Source: an uncultured Anderseniella sp. (GTDB lineage: Bacteria > Pseudomonadota > Alphaproteobacteria > Rhizobiales > Aestuariivirgaceae). Taken from it: a stretch of DNA of 64,000 bases. The translations under genes were made by a program, and so were the position numbers. The DNA lies in contig CAYMJJ010000002.1 of the NCBI GenBank assembly GCA_964390445.1, positions 7,057-71,056 on the forward strand. The letters are read 5' to 3'. Shown piece after piece: positions 38,762 to 49,222 of the stretch (positions are counted from its first letter, which is position 1; each line of letters begins with the position of its first letter). The notes below the pieces were generated by a model. The model ran no database searches and was not told the DNA's origin. It saw nothing but the letters and a program-made list of their open reading frames with translations.

Positions 38762-40096
38762 TCAACTCACCACGTTGCCTGACACACTCAGCGTGGCCGG
38801 TGCGTTGCTGCCGGCAAGCCCGAGGTCCTTCGTTGCCACCGTGTCGTGGTCCATGCCGAGGATCGCCCCGCGCCCGGCTCCTGCAATCAGGTTGTTGCTG
38901 ATCATCACGTGGCCCGCGCCTGCCGCCACCTGGGCCGCGATGCCGATGGCGCAGTTGCGCATCACGTTGGCGCTGGCCGAGACGTTGCGCTGGTACTTGC
39001 CCCAGCCGATCCAGATGCCGGCGGTGGGCGCGTTCTCGATCACGTTTGCAGAAACCACCGTGTCGGCCTCAACCGAGATGCCGGTGCCGCGCTTGTCGAC
39101 CGGGTGGTCGTAGAGGCGCAGGTTGCGTACCAGGTTGCCCTGGCACACGGCCAGCCGGCCGCCGTCGTTGAAGTTGGTGATCGAGATGCCGGTGGCCGCG
39201 TCATCGACAAGGTTGTTGGCAATCACCGAGCCTTGCATGGCGAACTCGGAATACAGCGCCACCTCGCCTGCCCGCGTGCAGTTGTTCGAGACGATCTGGA
39301 TGTTGGAGCCGGAGTTATTGCGCACCGCCGAGAAGGCGCACGCGTCGATGCGGTTGTTGGCGACCAGCACGTTGCCGGCGCGGTAGACGTTGATGCCGTT
39401 GCCGTTCTGGCCTTCGCCGCCCGAGCGCGCCTCGATCTTCTCGATGCGGTTGCCGGTGATGATGGTGCCGTCTTCCAGCTTGTCCGGCTGCCAGACGAGA
39501 ATGCCGTTGTCGCCTGCGCTCGTGATGAGGTTGCCGTCAATGCGCAAGCCGCGCGCGCCCATGCTGAACACGCTCGCCTGCACGCAGGTGTCGATGGTCG
39601 AGGCAGTGAGGCTGCCTGAACAGTTGGTCAGCGAGATGCCGTTGGCCCCGGCATTGGTAACGAGGCAGTTGATGATGGTGAGGTCGCGCACCGAGGTTGC
39701 CGCGACGAGCGCCGATGAAGTTGGGCGCAACTGGCCGTCGATCACCAGCCCGTCAAGCCGCACCCCCGACGTGCCCTGGACGCTCAGCACCGGATCCGGC
39801 CCGGACTGCACCAGCCGGGTCTGGCCCTGCACGCCCACCAGGTTGAGCGGCGCAGTGATGCGCAGGCCCGACGCAATGTAGAGGCCCGGTTCGAGCAGCA
39901 GGTAGCCGCCGCGCCGGGAAGCTGCATCGAACGCCTGTTGCAGTGGGCCCGACTGGTCGCGGGCCGCGTTCGCCTCGACGCCGAACTCGCGTGCGCTCAG
40001 CATCCCGCCGCTCACCGCAGCCCGCGCCGGTGTCATCGCAAGGGCTGCACCGGCAAGTCCTGCGGCTGAAAACATCGAGCGTCTGTTCATGTCCAT
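38762..40096 (-). CDS. TIGR03808-type Tat-exported right-handed beta-helix repeat protein
   Basis: MNRRSMF twin-arginine signal; repeated beta-helix units; GQNGNGINVYRA, EVALYSEF, NFNDGGRLA. Confidence 0.88.
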   Translation of the reverse strand: MDMNRRSMFSAAGLAGAALAMTPARAAVSGGMLSAREFGVEANAARDQSGPLQQAFDAASRRGGYLLLEPGLYIASGLRITAPLNLVGVQGQTRLVQSGPDPVLSVQGTSGVRLDGLVIDGQLRPTSSALVAATSVRDLTIINCLVTNAGANGISLTNCSGSLTASTIDTCVQASVFSMGARGLRIDGNLITSAGDNGILVWQPDKLEDGTIITGNRIEKIEARSGGEGQNGNGINVYRAGNVLVANNRIDACAFSAVRNNSGSNIQIVSNNCTRAGEVALYSEFAMQGSVIANNLVDDAATGISITNFNDGGRLAVCQGNLVRNLRLYDHPVDKRGTGISVEADTVVSANVIENAPTAGIWIGWGKYQRNVSASANVMRNCAIGIAAQVAAGAGHVMISNNLIAGAGRGAILGMDHDTVATKDLGLAGSNAPATLSVSGNVVS

Positions 40097-40266
40097 ATCG
40101 GCACGATTTTCCGTTCATTGGTGAGACGTTACGTGCATGGACGCAAGTATTGTGCCGCGGTCTTCGGGTGGCGCGAATTGCACCGGAAATGACGCTGCAG
40201 GCGGATTTGCCGGGCGCGAAAGCTGTCATCATCAGACCATCGGCACCCTCTGCAAGGCATCATCAA

Positions 40267-41418
40267 ATGGCTGTTCTTACTCACGAAATGCTTCAGTCCG
40301 TCATGCAACCGGTGGAGACCGCGACCGGGCTGCCGAATGCCTTCTACACTGATGCCGACCTCCACGAGGCCGAGAAGCGAGTGCTGTTTGCCTCCACCTG
40401 GGCGTGCATGGGATTCGCCAAGGACGTGACCGCACCCGGCGATGCCAACCCGGTCACCTTCCTCGGCCAGCCGCTGCTGATGGTGCGCGGAACTGACAAT
40501 GAAATCAGGGTGTTCCAGAATGTCTGCCGTCACCGCGGCATGATTCTGGTCTCGGAGAAGACCACCCTGCGCACCACCATCCGCTGCCCCTATCACTCGT
40601 GGTGCTACAACTTTGACGGGTCATTGCGCACCACCCCGCATGTTGGCGGACCCGGCAACAACCTGCATGACTGTATAAAGCGCGAAGAATTGGGCCTGCT
40701 TGAAGTCCGCAGCCATGTGTTCATGGGTATGATATTCGTCAACCTTGATGGAAATGCCCCGCCCTTCGAGGATCACGCGGCCAAACTGCTAGGCCAGTGG
40801 CAGGAGTTTGTTGATCGGCCGCTGTTCCATGCAGGCGACGACTCATCGTTTACACTCGAGGTGAAGTGCAACTGGAAGCTTGCAGTAGAGAACTATTGCG
40901 AAAGCTACCACCTGCCGTGGGTTCACCCGGGTCTGAATTCGTATTCGCGGCTGGAAGATCACTACAACATTGTCGAGCCCGGCGCATATTCGGGCCAGGG
41001 TACGGTGGTCTACAACCCGAAGCTCGATGAAACCCGTGCGTTCGCCAACTTTGAGGGTCTGTCGGACAAGTGGGACACCGGGGCGGAATATGTCGCGCTT
41101 TATCCCAATGTGCTGCTCGGCGTTCATCGCGACCATACGTTTGCAATCATGCTGGACCCGCAAGGCCATAACCAAACCATTGAGCGCATTGAGATTTTCT
41201 ACACAAGCGAGCAGATGTGCCAGCCAGATATGGCGGACATGCGCGAAAGGAACGCCAAGATGTGGAAGGATGTCTTCATCGAGGACATCTTCGTCGTCGA
41301 AGGCATGCAGAAGGGCCGCTCGGCTTCGCTGTACGACGGAGGCAAGTTCTCGCCGGTCATGGACCCGCCAACCCATTGTTTTCATGAGTGGGTGGCAAAC
41401 CGGTTCGCCAGCACATGA
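40267..41418 (+). CDS. Rieske non-heme iron oxygenase alpha subunit (choline monooxygenase-like)
   Basis: NVCRHRG and CPYHSW Rieske ligands; NWKLAVENYCESYHLPWVH; ED...EGMQKG. Confidence 0.92.
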   Translation: MAVLTHEMLQSVMQPVETATGLPNAFYTDADLHEAEKRVLFASTWACMGFAKDVTAPGDANPVTFLGQPLLMVRGTDNEIRVFQNVCRHRGMILVSEKTTLRTTIRCPYHSWCYNFDGSLRTTPHVGGPGNNLHDCIKREELGLLEVRSHVFMGMIFVNLDGNAPPFEDHAAKLLGQWQEFVDRPLFHAGDDSSFTLEVKCNWKLAVENYCESYHLPWVHPGLNSYSRLEDHYNIVEPGAYSGQGTVVYNPKLDETRAFANFEGLSDKWDTGAEYVALYPNVLLGVHRDHTFAIMLDPQGHNQTIERIEIFYTSEQMCQPDMADMRERNAKMWKDVFIEDIFVVEGMQKGRSASLYDGGKFSPVMDPPTHCFHEWVANRFAST

Positions 41419-41648
41419 ACGAAGCTGGGGCGCTCCAGCAGGCCATGCTGGAGGCTCACGACACCAACGATCTGGCTGAGCTTGCAGCGCTTTATCAGCA
41501 CGCCGGCACGCAACGCGAGGCGGCTGGCGAAATCGATGCAGCCTGCTTCTTCTACACGCATGCCTATGTCTATGCGCTCGATGCTGGCGAGCAAGCCATT
41601 GCCGCGAACGCACGCAGGCAATTGAAACTGCACGGCCGCGAGCGCTAG
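41415..41648 (+). CDS. Small helical hypothetical protein (77 aa), coupled to the Rieske oxygenase
   Basis: ATGA overlap with the oxygenase stop; DAACFFYTHAYVYALDAG. Confidence 0.75.
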   Translation: MNEAGALQQAMLEAHDTNDLAELAALYQHAGTQREAAGEIDAACFFYTHAYVYALDAGEQAIAANARRQLKLHGRER

Positions 41649-41659
41649 CGCCAAGACGG

Positions 41660-43819
41660 CTACTCGGCTGCTTCCTGGCTGTAGCCCAGCTTGGCGTTGA
41701 GCTTGGTCAGCAGCCGCACGGCGGCGTCTGCGATGACGGTGCCGGGCGGGAAGATGACCGCAGCCCCCATGTCGAGCAGGGCCTGATAGTCCTGCGGCGG
41801 GATTACGCCGCCAATGGCGATCATGATGTCGGGCCGGCCCTGCTGTTCCAGTGCGGCACGCAACGCCGGCACGAGCGCCAGGTGACCGGCGGCCAGAGAC
41901 GACACACCGACCACGTGCACGTCGCTGGAGATGGCCTGCTGCGCAACCTCATCGGGCGTGGCAAACAGCGGGCCGACTTCCACCTCGAAGCCGAGATCGG
42001 AGAACGCCGTTGCGATGACCTTCTGTCCACGGTCGTGGCCATCCTGACCCATCTTGGCGACGAGAATTTTCGGTGCGCGGCCATCGGCCTCGCGGAAAGC
42101 CTCAACGGCCCCTTGCGCGCGCATGATGGCTTCCGAGTTCGCACCAGCCTCGCGGCGGTAGACGTCCTTCAACAGTTGGGTCTTTGCGACGTGGCGGCTC
42201 CAGACCTTCTCAAGCGCGGCGGAAATCTCGCCGACAGTTGCCTTGACGCGGGCTGCATCGACAGCCGCCGCGAGCAGGTTGCCCTGTCCCGTTTGAGCGA
42301 CCCTGGTCAGCGCTTCGAGTTTCTCGTCGACGCTGGCCTGGCTGCGTTCAGCGCGCAGGCGCTTGAGCTTGTCGAGCTGCTGGTTGCGCACGGAGGTGTT
42401 GTCGACCTTCAGGATGTCAATCTCGCTGTCGTCATTGGCCTGGTACTTGTTGACGCCAACCACGGTCTGCTCGCCGGAATCGATGCGTGCCTGGGTGCGC
42501 GCGGCGGCTTCCTCGATGCGCAGCTTCGGCAGGCCGTCGGCGATGGCCCTGGCCATGCCGCCCATGCCCTCGACTTCCTGGATGTGCGCCCACGCCTTTG
42601 CTGCAAGGTCGGCGGTCAGGCGCTCGACGTAATAGCTGCCACCCCACGGATCAGCGACGCGACAGGTGCCAGCTTCCTGCTGCAGGAACAACTGGGTGTT
42701 GCGCGCAATGCGGGCGGAAAAGTCGGTCGGCAGGGCAAGCGCTTCATCCAGCGCGTTGGTGTGCAGCGACTGGGTGTGGCCTTGCGTGGCGGCCATCGCC
42801 TCGATGCAGGTGCGCCCGACATTGTTGAACACATCCTGCGCGGTCAGCGACCAGCCGGACGTTTGCGAATGGGTGCGCAAGCTGAGCGACCGCTCGTTTT
42901 GCGGGTTGAACTCGGTCATCAGTTTGGCCCACAACATGCGCGCAGCGCGCATCTTTGCCACTTCCATGAAGAAGTTCATGCCGATAGCCCAGAAGAACGA
43001 CAGCCGTGGTGCGAACTTGTCGATGGGCAGGCCGGCAGCCACGCCGGCGCGTGCATACTCGATGCCGTCGGCCAGCGTGTAACCAAGTTCAAGGTCGGCG
43101 GTCGCGCCCGCTTCCTGCATGTGGTAGCCGGAAATCGAAATCGAGTTGAACTTCGGCATGTTGGCCGAGGTGTAGGCAAAGATGTCGGAGATGATCCGCA
43201 TCGAGTACTGGGGCGGATAGATGTAGGTGTTGCGGACCATGAACTCTTTCAGAATGTCATTCTGAATGGTGCCGGTCAGCTTGTCGGCGGACACGCCCTG
43301 TTCTTCTGCTGCAACGATATAGAGCGCCATGATGGGCAGGACCGCGCCATTCATGGTCATCGAGACCGACATCTGGTCGAGCGGAATGCGATCGAAAAGG
43401 GTGCGCATGTCGTAGATGGAGTCGATCGCCACGCCCGCCATGCCCACGTCTCCGGTGACGCGCGGGTGATCGGAATCGTAGCCGCGGTGGGTGGCCAGGT
43501 CGAAGGCGATCGACAGGCCCTTCTGGCCAGCCGCAAGGTTGCGCCGGTAGAAGGCGTTGGAATCCTCCGCCGTGGAGAAGCCCGCATACTGGCGAATGGT
43601 CCACGGCTGGGTGACGTACATGGCCGGATAAGGCCCGCGCACGAAGGGGGCAGCCCCCGGCCAGCCGTTCACGAAGCCGAGACCTGCAATATCAGCCGGG
43701 CCATAGCTCTGGCGTACGTCGATACCTTCCGGCGTCGTCCATATGGCATCGGTGTTGCGGGCTGGCGCAACGTCCGGCACGGCGAAATCAACAGTGCTGA
43801 AATCCGGTAGCTTGCTCAT
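41660..43819 (-). CDS. scpA: Methylmalonyl-CoA mutase, large (B12-binding) subunit
   Basis: [37 protein letters not shown]. Confidence 0.96.
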   Translation of the reverse strand: MSKLPDFSTVDFAVPDVAPARNTDAIWTTPEGIDVRQSYGPADIAGLGFVNGWPGAAPFVRGPYPAMYVTQPWTIRQYAGFSTAEDSNAFYRRNLAAGQKGLSIAFDLATHRGYDSDHPRVTGDVGMAGVAIDSIYDMRTLFDRIPLDQMSVSMTMNGAVLPIMALYIVAAEEQGVSADKLTGTIQNDILKEFMVRNTYIYPPQYSMRIISDIFAYTSANMPKFNSISISGYHMQEAGATADLELGYTLADGIEYARAGVAAGLPIDKFAPRLSFFWAIGMNFFMEVAKMRAARMLWAKLMTEFNPQNERSLSLRTHSQTSGWSLTAQDVFNNVGRTCIEAMAATQGHTQSLHTNALDEALALPTDFSARIARNTQLFLQQEAGTCRVADPWGGSYYVERLTADLAAKAWAHIQEVEGMGGMARAIADGLPKLRIEEAAARTQARIDSGEQTVVGVNKYQANDDSEIDILKVDNTSVRNQQLDKLKRLRAERSQASVDEKLEALTRVAQTGQGNLLAAAVDAARVKATVGEISAALEKVWSRHVAKTQLLKDVYRREAGANSEAIMRAQGAVEAFREADGRAPKILVAKMGQDGHDRGQKVIATAFSDLGFEVEVGPLFATPDEVAQQAISSDVHVVGVSSLAAGHLALVPALRAALEQQGRPDIMIAIGGVIPPQDYQALLDMGAAVIFPPGTVIADAAVRLLTKLNAKLGYSQEAAE

Positions 43820-45687
43820 TGTCCAGCCTTCGTCGTTGTCACGCCCAATTGCTTGTGCAGCCTTGCGAGAAGTTCGATCACGTCCTGACCAGCGTATGCG
43901 AAATCATTGACGCCTGCGTCTCGCAGCAGGGCTTCGATGTTGCCCGGGCGGCCTGCCATCATGACGGTGGTGGCGCCCAGCCGGGATAGCGTCTGAGCGG
44001 TGGCTTCCGCCTCGGTGGCATAGATCGCATCGGACGAGCAGAGGCAGGCGACGGCAAGGCCGCTCGACTGGAATTCATCCAGCGTGCCGGTGACGGTCTC
44101 GATGCCACCTGAGGCCAGAAGGTTTGCCATCCAGGTAGCGCGCACGGTGAAGTCGGCAGGCGTGCCGAGGGTGGCGAGGAACACCTTCGGACATTCGCCG
44201 GTGGCAGCCTGATGAGCATCCGCTGCATCGCGCAAGCGTTCGAAAGGCTCAGCGAGGCAGTGTAGTGCGAAGGGTTCGCAGGTTATCATGTCGGCCTTCC
44301 ACGGCGAGCCGGTGGACCAGTCTTCCGGCACCTGCATTGATACGGTGCGTACAGCGGGCTGGTTGAGGTTTGGAAACTCCGACACGCCGGTGAGCGCAAT
44401 CTTGCGCCGCGCGATATCCTTGTCGCGCTGCGCCCTTGTGGCCGCGATGAGTGCCTGCGGCTTGCCGGTTTGCAGGTATGCCATCATGCCACCGTCGCGC
44501 TCGACCGACTGGAACAGGGTCCACGCTTCGCGCGCCAATTGCGTGGTCAGCGTTTCGACGTAGCCGGACCCGGCTGCGGCATCCTCCACCCGGCCCAGCC
44601 TGCTTTCTTCCAGCAGCAGCGACTGGGTGTTGCGCGCCATGCGCCGGGCCATCGCGTCGGGCAGGCCCAGCGCGTGGGTGAATGGCAGCACGGTGACGCT
44701 GTCTGCCCCGCCAACCCCGGCGGCAAATGCGGCTGAGGTCGAGCGCAGCAGGTTCACGTGCGGGTCGCGGCGGCTCATCATGCGCTGGGCGGTTTCCACG
44801 TGCAGCGTGAGCGGCGAAGCTTCAAGGCCGGATGCCTGCAGCAGCCGTGCCCACAGCATTCGCGCGGCGCGCAGCTTGGCCATGGTGAGGAACTGGTCGG
44901 CATCGGCGGTGAGCAACATCGAGGTTTGCGGGGCGCTGATGGCCGGGTCGATGCCGGCGTCCTCCAGCATGCGGATATAGTCCACCGCAGTTGCAAGCGC
45001 GAAGGCAAGTTCCTGCGCTTCCGAGCAACCTGCCCCGTGATAGACGCGACTGTCTGCACAGAAGACACCGCCGGTATGATCCAGCTTGCGCGCGCGGCTG
45101 AACATGTCGCCTGACCGCTTTGCCAGTTCGGCGCGGTTGACGATGGTACCGTTCTGCGCCAGCGCGCCAAGCGGGTCGAGCCCCAGGTCCAGCCGGCAGC
45201 GCGACAGGTCCAGCAGGCGCCGCTTGTATTCATCCAGCACCAGCAAAGCGAGGTCGCGCCCGTTGCGGCCGCCGTCCAGCCGCAGCGAGATGAAATCCAG
45301 CTCCACACCGTCGAACAGTTGCTCGATTGAGCGGGCATCGCTGACCGCCACCCCGTACGCTCCGGCGCTGACACTGCCCGGTAGCACCAGCGAAAGCCCG
45401 CTGGCGCCGTTCTCGAGGTCGTCCAGTATCTGCTGGTTTGCGGGGGTGGTCTCGGGAAAGTCAATGCGCTGCGTCAGCGTCCAGTATTCAACTGCCTCAC
45501 GGGGCGGACCGGCGGGTACGGCCCGCGCATCGGTGGCGGGCGCGTAGACGGGTTCGATGACGATGCCGTCAGCGGTTTTCGAACGCAGGCTGTCAAACGG
45601 ACGGCCCTTCAGGCTGGCGTCCACCAACGCGCGCCATTGCGCCTCGTCGATGGGTGCAAAGTCTTCTGTCAGGTCCAGTTCGGTCAT
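43816..45687 (-). CDS. mutA: Methylmalonyl-CoA mutase small (beta) subunit
   Basis: [37 protein letters not shown]; no DxHxxG; coupled to the large subunit. Confidence 0.9.
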   Translation of the reverse strand: MTELDLTEDFAPIDEAQWRALVDASLKGRPFDSLRSKTADGIVIEPVYAPATDARAVPAGPPREAVEYWTLTQRIDFPETTPANQQILDDLENGASGLSLVLPGSVSAGAYGVAVSDARSIEQLFDGVELDFISLRLDGGRNGRDLALLVLDEYKRRLLDLSRCRLDLGLDPLGALAQNGTIVNRAELAKRSGDMFSRARKLDHTGGVFCADSRVYHGAGCSEAQELAFALATAVDYIRMLEDAGIDPAISAPQTSMLLTADADQFLTMAKLRAARMLWARLLQASGLEASPLTLHVETAQRMMSRRDPHVNLLRSTSAAFAAGVGGADSVTVLPFTHALGLPDAMARRMARNTQSLLLEESRLGRVEDAAAGSGYVETLTTQLAREAWTLFQSVERDGGMMAYLQTGKPQALIAATRAQRDKDIARRKIALTGVSEFPNLNQPAVRTVSMQVPEDWSTGSPWKADMITCEPFALHCLAEPFERLRDAADAHQAATGECPKVFLATLGTPADFTVRATWMANLLASGGIETVTGTLDEFQSSGLAVACLCSSDAIYATEAEATAQTLSRLGATTVMMAGRPGNIEALLRDAGVNDFAYAGQDVIELLARLHKQLGVTTTKAGQ

Positions 45688-45782
45688 GATCAATCAACCC
45701 GCTCGCATGTTGCGTTGCAAGATGTGATAGCGCAGCCCGGCCACAACGGCAAACCGGCTTTGGTCGAACCTATCACCAGCGG

Positions 45783-46172
45783 TTACAGGTAGCTGGAGAT
45801 GCCGGGGATCGAGCTGGCCACGTCGCGCACCAGCTCCTTGCCGGCCTTTTCCTCTGCGTAGCCGAGGGTTTCCTTGCCGAGCGCCTTGACCTGCTCCATG
45901 TTCAGCCCCGCAGACTGCAGCTTGGTGATGGCCACCAGCGGCCCGCCCATCATGCCGCCGCCCAGCATGTTCAGCATGCCGCCGCGCCTGCCGCCATCGC
46001 CACCGTGCTGAGCGGCAATCTCGCTTGCACCGGGCACCGCGGTAAACAATTGCTCGACCTTGGCCTTGTCGCCCTGCGACTTGACCAGCGACAGCATGAT
46101 GCCGATGCCCTTCTCGGCGGTCTCCGGCGACAGCCCGGTCCTGGCCACCACGCGGTCGATCAGCTCTTGCAT
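45783..46172 (-). CDS. Hypothetical protein (DUF2267/DUF2780-like)
   Basis: MQELIDRVVARTGLSPETAEKGIG, Gly-rich linker, SIPGISSYL; CGGAG RBS. Confidence 0.8.
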   Translation of the reverse strand: MQELIDRVVARTGLSPETAEKGIGIMLSLVKSQGDKAKVEQLFTAVPGASEIAAQHGGDGGRRGGMLNMLGGGMMGGPLVAITKLQSAGLNMEQVKALGKETLGYAEEKAGKELVRDVASSIPGISSYL

Positions 46173-46277
46173 CTTTGTACTCCGTGAACGCGGCAGAAGG
46201 TCTAGGTTTCGCGCGCGGTAATGTTGTATAGCATGTGCCTCGGCAGCAACACCGATTTGGCGGACAAGGCAACAGAT

Positions 46278-47777
46278 ATGAGCGAAGGCACCATTTTTCT
46301 AGGCAAAAGCACCAAGCGTGAGGAGCTTTACCTGAAGCTGGCCAACCGGCACGGTCTTGTGACGGGCGCGACTGGTACCGGCAAGACGGTGACCTTGCAG
46401 ATCCTGGCCGAAGGCTTTTCGGCAGCCGGGGTGCCGGTGTTTGCCGCCGATATCAAGGGCGACCTGTCGGGTGTATCGCGCGAAGGCGAACCGAAGGATT
46501 TCCTGCTCAAGCGGGCCAAGACGATCGGCTTTGACGACTATGGCTTCGAGGCCTTCCCGACCATCTTCTGGGACCTGTTCGGCAAGCAGGGCCATCCGAT
46601 CCGCACTACCATCTCGGAGATGGGGCCGCTGCTGATATCCCGGCTGATGGGCCTGACCGATGCACAGGAAGGTGCGCTCAACATTGCCTTCCGCATTGCC
46701 GACGAGGAAGGCATGTTGCTGCTCGACCTCAAGGACCTGCGGGCCATGTTGTCGGACCTTGCTGATCGCGGCGCCTCGCTGTCGACCGACTATGGCAACG
46801 TTGACCGGCGCACAATTGGGGCCATCCAGCGGCGCCTGATCGTGTTGGAGCAGCAGGGCGGCGAAAACTTCTTTGGCGAACCGGCGCTCGACATCAACGA
46901 CCTGATGCGCACGACCCGGGATGGCCGCGGCTACATCAACATCCTGGCTGCCGACGAACTGATGCAGTCGCCGCAGTTGTACGCAACGTTCCTGTTGTGG
47001 CTGATGTCGGAGCTGTTCGAGGAACTGCCCGAAGTGGGTGACCCGGAAAAGCCCAAGCTGGTGTTCTTCTTCGACGAGGCGCACCTGCTGTTCAACGAGG
47101 CCCCGCCCAGCCTGCTGACCAAGGTCGAACAGGTGGTGCGCCTGATCCGCTCCAAGGGCGTTGGCGTCTACTTCGTCACCCAGAACCCGCTCGACGTGCC
47201 AGACACGGTGCTGGCGCAGCTGGGCAACCGGGTGCAGCATGCCCTTCGCGCGTTCACCCCGCGCGACCAGAAGGCGGTCAAGGCGGCGGCGACCACGTTC
47301 CGCCAGAACCCGGCCTTCGACACGGAGGAAGCCATCACCCAGCTTGGCGTGGGTGAGGCGCTGATTTCGGTGCTGGACCCCAAGGGCATCCCGACCATGG
47401 TCGAGCGCACGCTGATCCGTCCGCCTTCGGGCAAGCTTGGTCCGGTCATGCCAGCAGAGCGTGCCCAATCGATGCAGAACAGCCCGGTGTTCGGCCTCTA
47501 CGATGAAGCGGTGGACCGCGAGTCGGCCTATGAACTGCTGCAGAAGAAGGGCGAGCAGATTGCCCGGCAGCAAGCCGAACTGGAGGCCGCCGAAGCCGAG
47601 GCCAAGGCTGCAAGGAAATCCTCCGGCACCAGCCGCTCACGCCAGCCGGATTCAGCAACGGACCGGTTCGTCAAGAACGTTGCCAGCAGCGTGGGCCGCC
47701 AATTAGGTACGGTGATCGTGCGCAACATTTCCAACAGCCTGATCCGTGGCGTGCTGGGCGGGCTGCTGAAGCGCTAG
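46278..47777 (+). CDS. HerA-like ATPase, DUF853/YjgR family
   Basis: [16 protein letters not shown] Walker A, FFDEAH Walker [18 protein letters not shown]. Confidence 0.93.
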   Translation: MSEGTIFLGKSTKREELYLKLANRHGLVTGATGTGKTVTLQILAEGFSAAGVPVFAADIKGDLSGVSREGEPKDFLLKRAKTIGFDDYGFEAFPTIFWDLFGKQGHPIRTTISEMGPLLISRLMGLTDAQEGALNIAFRIADEEGMLLLDLKDLRAMLSDLADRGASLSTDYGNVDRRTIGAIQRRLIVLEQQGGENFFGEPALDINDLMRTTRDGRGYINILAADELMQSPQLYATFLLWLMSELFEELPEVGDPEKPKLVFFFDEAHLLFNEAPPSLLTKVEQVVRLIRSKGVGVYFVTQNPLDVPDTVLAQLGNRVQHALRAFTPRDQKAVKAAATTFRQNPAFDTEEAITQLGVGEALISVLDPKGIPTMVERTLIRPPSGKLGPVMPAERAQSMQNSPVFGLYDEAVDRESAYELLQKKGEQIARQQAELEAAEAEAKAARKSSGTSRSRQPDSATDRFVKNVASSVGRQLGTVIVRNISNSLIRGVLGGLLKR

Positions 47778-47797
47778 CCCGGCCCGGCAAACTGGGT

Positions 47798-49105
47798 TCA
47801 CTCGCCCAGGATGATGGTGTCGCTGATTTCCACGCCGAAGCCGGAAAGCCCGACATAATGGCGTGACCGGCTGGCAATCTGGCGGATCGACTTGACCGAC
47901 AGGTCGCGCAGGATCTGTGCGCCAAGCCCGACATCGCGCCATGACTCTTCTCGCGCGCGCGCGGAACCGGTATCCTCGTCGCTGGGAGAGGTCTGGGTCT
48001 TGAGGCGGGAGGCCGGCACGCCGGCCGTGCCTTCGCGCAGGTAGACAAGTATGCCTCGGCCTTCGGCCCTGAAGATGTCATAGACCTTGTTGAGCGTGTT
48101 GCGGTTGCCGAGCACGTCCTCCACCAGGTCCTGCCGGTGCAGGCGCACGGGGATGTCCTGGCCCGACGAGATGTCGCCATAGACCAGCGCCAGGTGCTGC
48201 ACCGGGTCGAACTGGGTCGAATAGGCGATGCCATTTGCGGTGCCGGCCGGGGTCTCCACGGTAAATTCGCCATCGCGCTCGACCAGCCGTTCGCGCTGCT
48301 GGCGGTAGGCAATCAGGTCGGCCACGGAAATGATCCTGAAGCCGTGCTCGCGGGCAAACGCCATCACCTGCGCACCGCGCTTGACGGTGCCGTCGTCGTT
48401 GACCAGTTCGCAGATCACCCCCACCGGCGGCTCGCCGGCAAGCCGGGCCAGGTCAACGGCGGCTTCGGTGTGACCTGAGCGCATCAGTACGCCGCCGCGC
48501 TTGGCGATCAGCGGGAACACGTGGCCGGGGCGCACGAAGTCATCTGCATGCACATTGGCATTTGCGAGCGCATGCACGGTGGCGCAACGCTCCCTGGCCG
48601 AGATGCCGGTGGTGAGGCCTTCCTTGTAGTCGATCGACACGGTAAACGCGGTGCCCAGCGGCGCGTCGTTGTCGGACACCATCGGATCGAGCTTCAGCCG
48701 CCGTGCATCCTCGCGCGTCATCGGTGCACACACGATGCCGGAGCCGTAGCGGACCATTGTCGCCATCTGCTCGATGGTGACTTTCGACGCGGCGGCAATC
48801 AGGTCGCCTTCGTTCTCGCGGTCATCGTCGTCCACCACGACAACCATCTCGCCAGCCTTGATGGCGGCAATGGCGCTCGCCACGGTATCGAGTTCGCTGG
48901 TCATGGGTCCAGGTCCTTTCAGCCCGTCTGACAGGTCCTGCGGGCGCACCTTGCCACCGCTGAGACTGCCAATCCTGAGGGCAAGTTCGAATGAGGGTGT
49001 GTCGCCGGCCAGAAGCTGCGAGATGCGGCCCGGCGAAATGCCCAGTGCCCGGGCAACCTCCGCCTTGCTCATGCCTGCCTGCTTTAGCCAGTCGACGAGT
49101 TTCAT
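47798..49105 (-). CDS. ribB: HTH-RibB-RibX fusion: XRE/Cro HTH + 3,4-dihydroxy-2-butanone-4-phosphate synthase + degenerate GTP cyclohydrolase II domain
   Basis: N-terminal SKAEVARALGISPGRISQL HTH; DDDDRENEGDL, TAFTVS, RPGHVFP, RSGHTEA, CE; C-terminal VRLHRQD lacks the Zn-binding Cys residues. Confidence 0.93.
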   Translation of the reverse strand: MKLVDWLKQAGMSKAEVARALGISPGRISQLLAGDTPSFELALRIGSLSGGKVRPQDLSDGLKGPGPMTSELDTVASAIAAIKAGEMVVVVDDDDRENEGDLIAAASKVTIEQMATMVRYGSGIVCAPMTREDARRLKLDPMVSDNDAPLGTAFTVSIDYKEGLTTGISARERCATVHALANANVHADDFVRPGHVFPLIAKRGGVLMRSGHTEAAVDLARLAGEPPVGVICELVNDDGTVKRGAQVMAFAREHGFRIISVADLIAYRQQRERLVERDGEFTVETPAGTANGIAYSTQFDPVQHLALVYGDISSGQDIPVRLHRQDLVEDVLGNRNTLNKVYDIFRAEGRGILVYLREGTAGVPASRLKTQTSPSDEDTGSARAREESWRDVGLGAQILRDLSVKSIRQIASRSRHYVGLSGFGVEISDTIILGE

Positions 49106-49115
49106 GGGCGAGAGC

Positions 49116-49130
49116 TTTAGCAGAGCTAAA
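49116..49130. promoter_or_regulatory. Candidate operator palindrome TTTAGC-N3-GCTAAA upstream of HTH-ribB
   Basis: Perfect 6-bp inverted repeat 10 bp upstream of the ATG at 49105. Confidence 0.55.
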
Positions 49131-49222
49131 AGACAGTGGCGAGTCTTTCACGCACGGCCCGCACCACTTTCCACCACAACCGTCAGTGGACATCGCTTTT
49201 GCTTTTACGTAGCGTTTTCAAG

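Noticed and set aside
38762-40096. Periodic sequence in the Tat-exported protein as a DNA repeat array
   Set aside because: It is explained by beta-helix protein repeats; there are no exact nucleotide repeats with spacers.
41882-43810. Long antisense ORFs (642 aa here; also 19619-21097, 5281-6510, 46299-47573, 26812-28209)
   Set aside because: They mirror well-supported genes, show no recognisable motifs, and are expected in high-GC coding DNA.
46278-47777. HerA-like ATPase as part of an anti-phage system
   Set aside because: It is the widespread DUF853/YjgR family with host-like codons and no adjacent nuclease or SIR2 partner.
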